Assembly: GCF_009914755.1 (NCBI RefSeq)
Contig: NC_060944.1
Reading direction: 5' to 3' (one strand)
DNA length: 64,000 nt
Source: the human T2T-CHM13v2.0 reference genome, Homo sapiens
Positions within the stretch are counted from its first letter, which is position 1. The number at the start of each line of letters is the position of its first letter. The position numbers were made by a program, and so were the translations under genes. Under the pieces are notes generated by a model that ran no database searches, had not been told where the DNA came from, and saw nothing but the letters and a program-made list of their open reading frames with translations. Below, piece by piece: positions 32,201 through 47,223 of this stretch.

Positions 32201-32990
32201 GCCTCTGGTGAGTCATGCAGGTTGTCAGGGAAGTTGGGGAAAGCTGGCAGTCACAGGCCTCACCCAGCTCCCATGCAAACCAAAGGGCCAGTCTCATTCC
32301 CACTGTGCCCCACCCAGTAGTCTGTTTCCATGTGATGGGCGAGCTAGGCTTGAGAACTTGCCCCAGGCTGCCCACCTCCCAGCTGAGAAAGAAAAGGGCT
32401 TGGTTCTTCCCCCTTCTGTGGAGACTGCACACTGGATTCATGCCCTCTGCCCGAGTTCTGGCCAGGAGGCTTCTCACCACCAGTTCAAATTGTTACAAAC
32501 TTCAGCTGAAGATTTCCTTCTCCCCGTGGTGTTTTTCCCCACTCCTCTGGCCGCCCTTCTGATGGATCCCTGTGGTGCCAGGCAGGAATGGCCTGCCTGG
32601 GAACCCAGCGAGTTCCCAGGGCCTTTCCCACTGCTTCCTCTACCCCTATATTTCGCTCAGCTCTCTAAATTGACTCAGCTCCAGGTAAGGTCAGAAATTT
32701 CTCCCACAAACAGACCTCCAGTTTCTGCAGTGGGGGTATGTATTTGGGAGAGGAGGATCTCCCTTTCCCACTTTCACAGTTGGGGCACTCACAGTATTTG
32801 GGCTGTCTCCCGGGTTCTGCAGGAGGCAGTCTGCTTCCTTCAGAGGGTCTGCGGGTCCTTTCAAGATTGCTGGTTTGTTTTTGCCATTGATCTGGAGCTA
32901 AAATTCACAATGCAAGCCTCTGCACGCTGCTTTATCCATCCGAGTTGAAGCTGCAATCTAGTCCTGCCTCCCGTCCGCCATGATGATCCA
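26201..32990 (-). mobile_element. Full-length decayed L1PB (L1PBa-type 5' end)
   Basis: ORF1p remnant 30826-31320, EN remnant 30135-30500, RT remnant 28332-28886; L1PB 3'UTR; 5' end atggcggacgggaggcaggactagattgcagc; approximate TSD attgctt. Confidence 0.92.
26412..26720 (-). mobile_element. AluS inside L1PB
   Basis: TSD ttgtgtcattctt; (TTG)n tail. Confidence 0.93.
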
Positions 32991-33251
32991 AACTATTGCT
33001 TACTTTTCTGCTTTTTATTTTTAGTGTATCTATGATAGGTTTTTGCATTATAGTTGCCATGAGGCCTATGAAAAACACCTTACAGAAATAACACATTATT
33101 TTTAAAAGATGACAGCTTACCTTCGATCACAAAAAATAAAATCAAAGAAAAATCTAGAAAAAAGCTCTATACTTTAACTCCATTCCCCAAGATTTTGACT
33201 TTTGGTTATCTCAATTTACATATTTTTATACTATCTATCTCTTAACAAGTT

Positions 33252-33308
33252 GTTATAACTATTATTATAATTGTTATAACTATTATTATAATAGTTATAA
33301 CTATTATT
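33252..33308. repeat. 21-bp AT-rich tandem repeat (about 2.7 copies)
   Basis: gttataactattattataat(t/a) repeated. Confidence 0.85.
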
Positions 33309-34274
33309 GTTTTTGACAGATTTTTCTTTTGGACTTCATACTAGAGTTATGAATAGATTGCACTCCCCAAGGACAGTATTAGAATATTTTGGGTTTGTCC
33401 ATGTACTTAATTTTACCAGTATGTTTTATACCTTCAGATGTCTTCTTTTTGTACAAATCATTGGTTTCATTTTCTTTCAGATTGAAGAACTCCCTTTCAC
33501 ATTTCTTGTAAGATGGGTCTGTTTGTCGTGAATTCTCTCAAGTTTTGTTTATTTGGGAAAGCCTTTTATCTTTCCTTCATATTTAAAGGACAAGTTTGCT
33601 GGATACAGTATTCTCCAAAGGAAGTTTTTTAATTTCAGCAATTTTGAAAATGTCATCTCACTCCCACCTGCCCTGTATGGTTTCTGTGAAGAAGTCTGTT
33701 GCCAGATGAATTGGAGCTCTGTACTTGCTTCTTTTCCCTTGCTGCTTTTAGGATCCTCTCTTTATTCTTGACTTTTGATCAGTTTATTATATGCCTTGGG
33801 GGAGTCTTATTTGAGTCACATCTGTTTGATGCTCTCTCATCTTCCTGTACCTGGATATTTATCTCTTTCTCAAATTTTGGAAAGTTTTTTTTTTTTTTAA
33901 TAAACTTTCTACCCCTATTCTTGCTCAACTCCTTGAACACCAATAATTCTTAGATTTGTTTTTTTCAGGTAATTTTCTGTATCTTATAGACAGTCTTTGT
34001 TGGTTTTCATTCTTTTCTCTTTTTTGTCCTCTGATTATGTATTTTCAAATAGCCTGTCTTTGAGCTCACTGATTCTTTCCTCTGCTTGATCCATTCTGCT
34101 CTTGAGGGCCTCCAGTGAATTTTTCAGTTTATTTGCTACATTTTCAGTAGCAAATGTATTTGTCAGTTCCAAGATAGCCACTTGATTTTTTAAATTGTTA
34201 TTTCAATTATTTTGTTAAATTTATCTGATAAATTTATGAATTGCTCTTTTGTGTTATCTTAAAGATCACTGAGT

Positions 34275-34573
<299 letters not shown>

Positions 34574-35391
34574 TCACTGAGTTTCCTTAAAACTGCTATT
34601 TTGAATTCTTGATCATAGAGCTCACATATTGCCGTCTTATTAGGGTCAGTCACTGGCTCCTTGCTTTATCAATTTGAGAGGACCATAGTTCCATGTTTCC
34701 TGATGTTTCTTGTGGTGTGTGTTTATGTCTTGCATTGAAGGACAGTTCAATTGAAGGACAGTTGAAGTTATTTGTTCCATTCTCCCTCTGGCTTGTTTTT
34801 TATTGGGATATTTGCTTATAGATTCTGTGTAATTTACCTGCTGACTTTCTTTTTTTTCCCCCTGCTAGGTAGCTGCCTCCTTTTTGGCACTAGATGGCAC
34901 TTTAAGCCCAGGTTTGCATCAATTCTAGCAAACAGTCAGAGTGCCACCCATCCTGAATGGAGGAGGTCCCAAAGGGATATCCCAGTAGTGTGGGAAGGCT
35001 AGCTAGGGGTTCATGCCCAGGGGACCTGTGGAACAAATCTCCTACAGTGTGGTGCTGCTGAACTGCCATGCTAATTTGGAGTCTCCTTTGGTTGAGTTAC
35101 AGAGCAGAATTTCCATGGCTGAGGATGATAGTCCCACCTCCCCACTTTGTTTCTGGCTGTGTTTAGGGATATTTCTTTCTTCAAGTATACCTGATGCCTT
35201 CCATGAGTTGAGGCAGGAACCGATCTCCTGCCAGGGAACCCAAGATAGTAGGGAAGCTGGTTGTCCACCTCAATATCAGTTTGCTGTGTAGAAACTGTGA
35301 GTTGAGGGAAATTTTCCATACACTTGTACTGGGCAGATTGGGGGAAAGTGTGTCATAGATACAGAAGTCTGATTCTCTTACCATCTACTCA

Positions 35392-37440
<2,049 letters not shown>

Positions 37441-37449
37441 TGCAACTGC

Positions 37450-37880
37450 GTCAATAATCCGTTGCCACAATAATGCTACTAACAAACAGCTACAAAACTA
37501 CAGTGGCATACCACAATAAGCATGTATTGTTCATGCATTTGGTGTCAACTAGGCAGCTCTGCTGATCTTGGCTGAGTCTACTCACATGTCTTGGAGTGTT
37601 TTGGCTGACAGGTGATCTAGTCAGGCTTTGGCTCTGTTGCATGTCCCTCTCATCCTTTAGGAGGCTATCTTGTACAGGTTCTCATGGAGAGGGCAGAGGC
37701 ACAAGAGAGCAAATGGAAACATGCAAGACCTCAGAAGGTTTAGGCTTTGAACTAACACATGTCACTTGTCCAAGCAGGTCACATGTTTAAACCCAGAATC
37801 AGAGTGAGAGGGGGCCACATGAAGCAAAGGGCCTAAATACAGGGAATATGAAGAATCAGAGTCATCATTGCAACCCATGT
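37450..37880 (-). mobile_element. MLT1 (H/I/J-like) LTR
   Basis: gttgccacaataatgctactaacaaac...ctctgctgatcttggctg. Confidence 0.65.
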
Positions 37881-38239
37881 TCACACACAAAAAGAAGAAT
37901 GCTGATGACTTTTGTCATGGTCTTCTTTTTCCTGACCTAAGGAGACACAAACTTCAGCTTAAGATTGGTCTCCTGATTTGTGATACAATGAGAATGGGGA
38001 AATGGTATCTGTTTTCCTGGAGGAGGCTAAGACCTTATCCCAAGTCTCATCTCAAGATGGTGATTTGGGAATTGTCAACGTATTAAGCTCAAGTTTATTG
38101 TACTGGTTGGCCTGGAGTCTACACCACATCCCAGGTAGGAGGAGTTTCACTGAAAATTTTGAGAAAAGCCCTTTGTCCTTTCATGCAACCTGCCTAGTAT
38201 CTTTCTTTGTATCACTGTGGACTTTATTATCAACCTCTT

Positions 38240-39140
38240 GTCATTCATTCAGTCATTAAACAAATACTGAGTGCATCCCATATACTAGACTTTAGGAACA
38301 TAGTCTAGTATGTAGTGAGTCCAGTACCAGCCAATGACAAGATAAACATGCAAGACAAACAACTTTACAATAACATCATTGTCTTGAAGGATAAAAGAGT
38401 GTGGTGGGACCAGAGCAGAATTACACCTAAGTCATCTTGAGAGCATCCACATAGACTTCATAGCCTCCACATAGACTTCATAGACCTCAAAGCTTTTGAG
38501 TAAAACTTCAAAGCAAATTGGAGCTTTCTAGGTGAATAAGCAGAAAGATTTTCCTAGCAGTGATATCAAAGAGTGTAGAATAAGGAGATATTCAAGACCA
38601 TGGCTTATTGGGGGAAAGTACAAGTTCAGTGTTGCTGGAGCATCAGGTGAGGGAGTGGCAGGAGACAAAGCAGGACAGGAGAACTGAGGCCAGGCAATCA
38701 AGACCTTGCATGCCTTGCAAGAGAGTTTGGATTCTATTCTATTACATCGGTCATATGTGATGATGAACCATTGGAAATATTTAATTAGAATGCATTACAT
38801 GGTCAGTTTCTAGTTCACAGGAAGACTTTACAAAGGCCACTATGGCGTCCAGGAAGGAGATGAGGAGGGATTGAACCAGAACAATAACTATGGATTAGAT
38901 CTGGGAGATATTTTAGATAATTAATGGAACTTGATATTTTATTGGATATGGGGAAAGGAGATTGTGGAAAAGGGGACTATCAAGGATGATTTCAGAAACT
39001 GGGTAGATGGTGGAACCATTTTGTGAGGTGAGATTAATAAGAGTGAATGGATTATTTGATGAAGATGCTGAGATGGTAACAATCATTTCTGATTTGGACA
39101 GGTAGAGAGTTTGACTTTCCTAGTAAGCATTTGGGTAAAT
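38240..39140 (-). mobile_element. L2 fragment
   Basis: cattcattcagtcattaaacaaatactgagtgc L2 3' tail followed by purine-rich L2 body. Confidence 0.75.
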
Positions 39141-39171
39141 ACACTGCATTCAGTCAGCCCCAGGTGCCTAT

Positions 39172-39649
39172 TAAAGTAGACAGAAAAATGGCCTCACTAA
39201 AGACACCCTTGTATAATCTCTGGAACCTGTAAATGTCACCTTTTTTTTTTTTGAAAGGTCTTTGTAGTTGTGATTAAAGATCTTGAGATAAGGAGATTAT
39301 CCTGGATTATCTAAGGTGCCCTAAATGCTATCACAGGCATCCTGTGATAAGGGAGAGACAGAGGGAGATTATAAAGACAGAAAAGGAAAAGGCAATGTGA
39401 TTATGGAATCAGATTGGAATGATGTAACGAGCCAAGGAATGCCAAAGCCAACAGAAACTGGAAGAAACAAGGAACAGATTCTCCCCTAGAGCCTCTGGAG
39501 TGAGCATAGGCCTGCTGACACCTTGATTTCAGCCCAGGGATACTGATTTCCAACTTCTTATCTCTAGAATTGTGAGAGAATAAATTCCTGTTGTTTTAAG
39601 CCACTAAGTGAGTGGTAATTTTTTACAGCAGCAACAGGAAACTAACACA
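39172..39649 (+). mobile_element. MLT1D-like LTR
   Basis: gattctcccctagagcctctggag...ttttacagcagcaacaggaaactaacaca. Confidence 0.88.
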
Positions 39650-39764
39650 ATTATGAAGAAGACAAAAGGAAATGAGGCCAACCATGGCACAAAAACATGT
39701 CAAGAAATAAGGACTTACTCACTCTTCAGAAAGAACTCCTTGAAAGAATTGTCTGTGCTCAATG

Positions 39765-42700
39765 TTAATTTTTTGCTTTTTGTTTTTTTGTGTATCCATT
39801 GTATGTTTTTAGATTTGAGGGATGAGGCTTGCAAATAATATAACCCATTATTTTAAACTGATGACAACTTAACACTGATTGCATAAACAAACAACAACTA
39901 ACAAGCAAAAAGAAAACTAAAAAACTACACTTTATCTCCTGGCTTTTTTGTTGTTTCTATTTATATCTTACTGTACTATGTCTTGAAACATTATAGTTAT
40001 TATTTTTGATCTTTTCATCTTTCTACTTATGAGTAGTTTACATACCATAATTACAGTGTTATAATAGTCTGTGCTTTTCTGTGTATTTACTATTACCAAT
40101 GAGTTTTGTATCTTCAGATGATTTCTTATTGCTTATTAATGTCCTTTTCTCTCAGATTGAAGAACTCCCTTTAACATTTCTTGTAGGACTGGTCTGGTGT
40201 TGATGAAATACCTTTTGTTTGTCTAGGAAAGTCTTTATTACTCTTTCATGTTTGAAGGATATTTTTTGCCAGATATACTATTCTAGGGTAAGAGTTTTTC
40301 TTCTTCAGCACTTTAAATATGTTATGCCACTCTTTCCTGGCCTGCAAGGTATCCACTGAAAAGTCTGCTGCCAGACGTATTGGAGCTGCTTTGTGTATTA
40401 TTTGTTTTTTTTTCTCTTGCTGCTTTTAGGGTCCCTTTTTTTACCCTTGACCTTTGGGAGTTTGATTATTAAATGCCTCGAGGTAGTCTTCTTTGGGTTA
40501 AATCTACTTGGTGTTTATACTTCTTAGACTTGAATATTGATATCTTTCTCTAGGTTTGGGACGTTCTCTGTTACTATCCCCTTGAATAAACTTGTATCCC
40601 TATCTCTTTCTCCACCTCTTCTTTAAGGGCAATAACTCTTAGATTTTTCCCTTTGAGGCTATTTTCTAGACCCTATAAGCATGCTTCATTCTTTTTTATT
40701 CTTTTTTCTTTTGTCTCCTCTGACTGTTAACTTTCAAATAGCCTGTTTTCAGGCTCACTAATTCTTTCTTTTGCTTAGTCAATTCTGCTATTAAGAGACT
40801 CTGATACATTTTTCATTATGTCAGTTGCATTTTTCAACTCCAGAATTTCTGCATTATTTTTAAAATTATTTCAAATTATTTGTTAAGTTTATCTGATAGG
40901 ATTCGAATTCCTTCTCCATGCTATCTAGAATTTCTTTGAGTTTTCCTCAAATCAGCTATTTTGAATTCTCCATCTGAAAGGTCCTACATCTCTGTCTCTC
41001 TGGGATTGGTCCCTGGTGCCTTATTCAGTTAGTCTGGTGAAGTCATGTTTTTCTGGTTGGATCTGATGCATGTGGATGTTTGTCAGTGTCTGGGCACTGA
41101 AGAGTTAGATATTTATTGTAGTCTTTGCAATCTGGACTTGTTTGTACTTTTCCTTCTTGGGAAGGCTTTCCAGGTATTCAAAGGAACTTGGATGTTGTGA
41201 ACTAAGTTTTTGGTCACTGCATCTATATCTGCATTAGGTGGGTACACAGAGCCCAGTAACATTTTGGTTCTTGCAGACTTGTAGAGGTGCCATCTTGGTG
41301 GTCTTGGATAAGATCCAGAAGAATACTCTGGATTACCAGGCAGAGACTCTTATTCTCTTCCTTTACTTTCTGTCAAACAAATGAAGTCTCTCTCTCTGTG
41401 TTGAGCCACCTAAAGCTGGGGGAGGGGTGACACAAAGCACCCTTGTGGCCACCACCACTGTGACTGCAAAGGGTCAAACCTTAAGGCAGCACAGCCATGG
41501 GTCTTGCCCAAGGCCCACTGTAACCACTACCTACATTCTCTCAAGGCCCTAGGGCTCTGCAATCAGCAGGTGATGAAGCCATCCAGGCCTATGTCCTTCC
41601 CTTAAGGGCAACAAGTTCCCCTGGCCCTACAGAGGTCCAGAGATGCTGTCTGGGAGCCAGAGCCAGGAGTAGGAAACCTTAGAAATCTATCTGGTGCTCT
41701 GTTCTACTGCAGCTGGCCTGACTGTGACAGCACTAGGCAAAGTACTTTCCGCTCTTCCCTCCGTTTTTCCCATGCAAAGGAGTCTCTCCCCATGTCCACC
41801 ACCACCACAGGCCCACAGGGAGTACTACCAGGGTACTACTGATGTTCACTAAAGGCCCAAGGGCTCTTCTGTCAGCTTGTGGTGAATGCTTTCAGGCCTG
41901 GGACTCATCCTTCAGGGCAGTGGGCTCTTCCACTGGCCTATAGTAGGTCCAGAGATGCCATTCAAGAGTCAAAGCCTGGAACTGGGGACCCTAAGAGCCT
42001 GTTTGGTGCTCTTCCCCACTGTGGCCAAGCTGACACCTAAGCTCAAGACAAAGTCCCCTTTACTCTTTCCTCTGCTTTTCTGAAGCAGAAGTGGTCTCTT
42101 CTCGTAGCCACTACAGCTGAGAATGTGCCGGTCACACCTGAAGTCAGCACAGCTCTTAGTCTCACCCAAGGCCCATGGCGAGTACTACCTGGCTACTGCT
42201 GCTGATTATTCAGGGCCCAGGGGCTCTTTAGTCAGCACATGATGAATCCTACTAGGACTGGGTCCTTCATGTCAAGGCAGCAGCTTCCCTTCCAGTCCAG
42301 GGTGTGTCTAGGAATGTCATCCAGGAGCCAGGGCCTGGAATAGGGACCTTGTGACTCTGCCAGGTGCCCTATCCAACTGTGGCTGAGCTGGGATCCAAGT
42401 TACAAGACAAAGTCCTCTTCACTCCCCTCTCCTCTTTTCAAGTGGAAGGAAGGAGTCGGAGTCTCTTTTGGAGCTGTGAGATGCGGTGCCTGGGATTAGG
42501 GGAGGGGTAACGCAAGCACTCTTTTAGCAGATCCAGCTGGTGTTTTACTAGCTCGCATGTCCCCTAAGTCCGGTAGCTCAGTCCTCGTGGCCTAGACAGC
42601 CTTTCAAGTTTATTTAGGACCCCAGAGCACTTTTGCCTGTGGTGGCACGGCTTGCCAGAACTCAGGTTCCAACCAGCAGGATGGGTGATTCCCATCTGGC

Positions 42701-43050
42701 TAGGGCTGATGCAAATGCTCCCTCTTGGGGTGCCAGCTGAGTTCTGCCTGGTGTTGACAGCACTGCATTCCATTGCAAAGTCCCACAGTCACTGCACTTT
42801 CTCTCCCCAAGTGTACAGATTTTCCACGCCACGTGGCTACTGCCAGGGGAATGGGGAAAGGTTAGTGTTGGCAATTCAAGACTGTCTTTCCTGCCCTCTT
42901 CAGTGCCTCTTTCAGTGATATGAAGTTAAAACCAGATAGTGTGATCACTCCCCTGATTTTTGGTTCTTATGAAGGTGCTTTGTTGTGTACATAATTGTTA
43001 AATTTTGTGTTCCTGTGGGGAGGATGATTGGTGGAAGCTTCTATTTGATC
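39765..43050 (-). mobile_element. L1M1/L1MA1-3-type 5' portion (5'UTR plus ORF1), 3'-truncated
   Basis: 5' end revcomp gaggaagtgaagcaaaatgatcaaatagaagc; repeated 5'UTR units (aaggcccaagggctctt...gtcagc); ORF1 remnant. Confidence 0.8.
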
Positions 43051-43466
43051 ATTTTGCTTCACTTCCTCTAGCACTATTTATTGTACAGTTTGTTCTTTCC
43101 CCCTAACTTGAAATGCCATCTTCATCATATATCAACATTTCATAACTGTCTGGGTCTATTTCTGGCCTTCATTCTGTTCTATTCTTGCCCCAGTAACTCT
43201 CTGTTTTAATAACTATGTCTTTATAATGTCTTAATATTCAGTTGGGAATTTGGCTCTCTTTTTGTTCATCTTTCTTAAATTTTTGTTTACTGTTTCTCCA
43301 TATTTGCTCTTTTAGAATCAATTTATTTCATCACACAAAAATTAAGATTTTTGATGGATATTTAAAATAAATGTAAAAAGCACAAAATTATATTATTATT
43401 TATTCCTGAAGCCCTCAACATGTATTATTTTGCACTCCGTATGTATTATTCCTATTAGATAAAGAG

Positions 43467-43642
43467 CGGGGTAGATCCAGAGTCTTGTGGGACCTAAAGT
43501 CTGACCCATTCAAGAGCCCTTTTTAAGGAGAGTAATGCAAAATGATGAATGTGGCATTAGATGCTGTGCCTTGGCGGAGCCTGTGCTGGGAAGATGCCTG
43601 AACCTCTAAGCTTTATTAGCTTCATGGTAAACCCGCTTCAGA
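43467..43642 (-). mobile_element. MER53-like hAT MITE
   Basis: gatccagagtcttgtgggacctaaag...taagctttattagcttcatggtaaacccgc matches recalled MER53 ends. Confidence 0.7.
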
Positions 43643-43828
43643 TAAGCAGTCTCACTTAGAGAGAAAGTCCTGACAAATTGTGCCTTTACTCCCACTAGAG
43701 TAAACCGATAGTTCATGACTTCTAAACTACTTAGATGGTATAAGCCATAAAATAACAATTAAATCGCGCAGCTTCAGTTGTATTTTTAGTCATGTGTTAC
43801 ACAATACCACTGCCTCAGCTTTCCCCAG

Positions 43829-44022
43829 GATAGCACCTCTTATTTGAGGATCTCAGGGGACATTATGAACATTAAGTAATTAAACCTCGCAAGACCCCAG
43901 AGACACTGGAGAGAGAGATCCAGCTTCACCTTGCCCAGTTCTGAAATGCAGTCACCTCTAGGGATGAACGTGGCAGCTGCTTAGTAATAAACTGCAACAC
44001 CTCACGACAGTTTAGTCAAGCA
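43829..44022 (-). mobile_element. AmnSINE1-like ancient SINE relic (Deu domain plus amniote SINE tail)
   Basis: ctgaaatgcagtcacctctagggatgaacgtggcagctg versus recalled AmnSINE1 revcomp CTGAAATGCAGCCACCTCTGGGGTGGAACGCGGCAGCTG; tail tagcacct...gaggatctca. Confidence 0.7.
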
Positions 44023-44403
44023 ATTAGTCTTTGTAGTTGGTAATTGTCTCATGAACATTAGACCATTGACAGTTAAGTCACCAGGATTATTAGTTTACTG
44101 AAAATCTAATCCAGTCTTTAAGACTTTTTACTTTTTTGTAATATTTTCCTAATTATAAAAGAAGCATGCACAGTGAATGTCTACTTTTAGTTGCATTTTT
44201 TGTAGTTCTTCAAACTTAAAATAGGAAAGAAATATCTTTGTAATACATTAAAATAGGTAGTTACTGATAATGAGGTTTTTTTAATTCACAAGTTTGCTGC
44301 TGATCAAAAGTAATCAATGATAGTAAAAGTTGGAAGAGTGGATACCTTTGAGAGGAGTATTGACTGGACGGGGAGATGAGGGGAACCTCTGGGTGCTGGA
44401 AAT

Positions 44404-45165
44404 TTTTTTTTTTTTTTTTTTTTTTTTAGTGCTGTCTTGTTGCATTTTTTAAAAAGTTTTTTATTTTTTATTTTATTATTATTATACTTTAAGTTTTAGG
44501 GTACATGTGCACAATGTGCAGGTTTGTTACATATGTATACATATGCCATGCTGGTGTGCTGCACCCATTAACTCGTCATTTAGCATTAGGTATATCTCCT
44601 AATGCTATCCCTCCCACCTCCCCCCACCCCACAACAGTCCCCAGAGTGTGATGTTCCCCTTCCTGTGTCCATGTGTTCTCATTGTTCATTTCCCACCTAT
44701 GAGTGAGAACATGCGGTGTTTGGTTTTTTGTCCTTGCGATAGTTTACTGAGAATGATGATTTCCAATTTCATCCATGTCCCTACAAAGGACATGAACTCA
44801 TCCTTTTTTATGGCAATCATTAAAAAGTCAGGAAACAACAGGTGCTGGAGAGGATGTGGAGAAATATGAACACTTTTACACTGTTGATGGGACTATAAAC
44901 TAGTTCAACCATTGTGGAAGTCAGTGTGGCAATTCCTCAGGGATCTAGAACTAGAAATACCATTTGACCCAGCCATCCCATTACTGGGTATATACCCAAA
45001 GGACTATAAATCATGCTGCTATAAAGACACGTGCACACGTATGCTTATCGCGGCACTATTCACAATAGCAAAGACTTGGAACCAACCCAAATGTCCAACA
45101 ATGATAGACTGGATTAAGAAAATGTGGCACATATACACCATGGAATACTATGCAGCCATAAAAAA
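44404..45165 (-). mobile_element. L1PA3-like 5'-truncated, 5'-inverted (twin-primed) insertion with short 3' transduction
   Basis: Poly(T), reverse 3'UTR to 44814, then sense L1 44810-45168; TSD ggaaat at 44398-44403 and 45166-45171, inside an L1ME 3' end. Confidence 0.9.
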
Positions 45166-45183
45166 GGAAATGTTTTATATGTT

Positions 45184-45631
<448 letters not shown>

Positions 45632-46037
45632 TGATGAGAGTGCTAGAAACCCCAGATAGTCTTATTTGGAAAATTCTGCAGGGTGCAGGACATATCGGGA
45701 GCTAGAGATATGACAGTTTTTATTTTCCTCAAAGCATCTTTCTTCAGAAGAGGGATTCTAAGTGATTTACCCTCTCTTCTCAGGACATTTTCTCTTCATG
45801 CCAAAAGAGCTACCTTTCATGCTAGAATGTGACTCTCTGTCTCATTGTGCCTTCAACATTATGTACCTCTTCGACTATGCCATTTACACCTCCCTAGGCA
45901 TCTCATTTTTATCTTAGAATTTCATTCATTTACCTACATCTTTGCCAGAAGTAAGTATAATGCATTAGTGACCCAGATATTTGGGGTTGAGAGGCATCTG
46001 CAGGGGCCATTGTTGTAACTGGCACTAGAAGAATACC

Positions 46038-46314
46038 ATGGGAGAGGAGGAAGCAGAGGACCCTGGCTGCTCTGGCTCTGCAGTGTCTGATGTGATGCTT
46101 GAAAACAAGAAGGCAGAGCAGCATGCCCACACTCACGGAGACAGCAGCAGTCTCTGGAGCCTTCAGCAGGCCCAGGGTCCCTCCTACATCTGTGGCAGCG
46201 CTTCTGAGGAGGGGCAGCCATGAGCAGGGTGTCCTAGGGCTGCTCTGAGCTGAGTCCCAAAGGCTGAGAGCAGATGTCATGGCTGAGAACTCCCAGCAGA
46301 GCGGACAACACTGG
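46038..46314 (+). pseudogene. Candidate first coding exon of a disabled multi-exon gene
   Basis: ACCATGG Kozak; frame MGEEEAEDPG...EEGQP*AGCPRAALS*VPKAESRCHG*ELPAERTTL with three TGA; phase-1 donor G|GTGAGG. Confidence 0.4.
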
Positions 46315-47131
46315 GTGAGGCACAAAGGAGAGGACATCCTCCAATGATGTCTTCTCCCAGGTCTCCCTCTTTAGGCATGGAGAGATTACAAAAGAGAAAA
46401 AAGGAGGGGAGGAGGAGGGTGAAAGACCTTTGTAGACAAAATGGGAAATTTTTAGTAAAGGTTAAATACATGAAGCCTAAGCTACCCTGATTATTGACTT
46501 TCCAGAACTTACTAAAAAACCAATGCTCAGCTCCAGTTCTTCTTGAAAATAATTTCTATTACGAAATAGAAAAGTGAGCATTGTGACCGCTGGCAGAGCA
46601 TGAGTTCACAGTATTTCCACACAAAGAGAAAGCAGCCCTTGTGCTAAGCCTTGGCATTCAGGTAACACTGATGTAACTCACTGTGGCCTTTTCCACCTTC
46701 TGCCTGGAGATCATTTCAAAGCCCACCATCGAGGAAGCTGATAACCCATTGTTTGTAAACTTCAAAAGGGGCTGCTATGAAAGGAACCCATTGCCCAGGG
46801 ACTGGCAGAGGTTGAGGGCCTTCTGTGGCCCAGGCCTGGGCCAGGTCCGTTGCCCATCTTCCCATCTCCACAACTCCCCTGGGCAGCATCATGTGAATGA
46901 GGGCAAAGAGAGGTGGAGGGAGGGAGGAACTAGCCCAGGATCCCTCCTCAGTGTCAAAATTCGGGGGGGCTGCGGAGACCTGCTCTTCCCACCTCAAGGT
47001 ACTGCTCTCTAGAATAAAATTCTTTAGATCCATTGTAGTCTAAAACCATGTGACCATGCTGTCTAATTTCCTGTGATTCTGCAGATATTTATCATCTATT
47101 TTCTGTCATTATTCTATCCCTTCTCTCAAAG

Positions 47132-47223
47132 ATGCTGAGCTCAGGAGTAGCAGCCAAGGTTCCCAAAAAATAGTCGAGGAGTTGCAGGAACCTGTCTCTC
47201 CAGATACCATGGAAAACATCCAG
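47132..47223 (+). pseudogene. Candidate exon 2 (92 nt, phase 1 to 0)
   Basis: Pyrimidine tract ...tcccttctctcaaAG; open DAELRSSSQGSQKIVEELQEPVSPDTMENIQ; donor CAG|GTGAGA. Confidence 0.45.

Noticed and set aside
32178-32948. Longest ORF (256 aa, +)
   Set aside because: Antisense to the L1PB 5'UTR; no recognisable protein features
38446-38483. 18-bp tandem duplication tccacatagacttcatag (similar small ones at about 34735 and 52950)
   Set aside because: Ordinary slippage inside old repeats
46221-46286. Three in-frame TGA codons read as selenocysteine
   Set aside because: No SECIS identifiable in the window and no redox motif; nonsense decay is far more parsimonious
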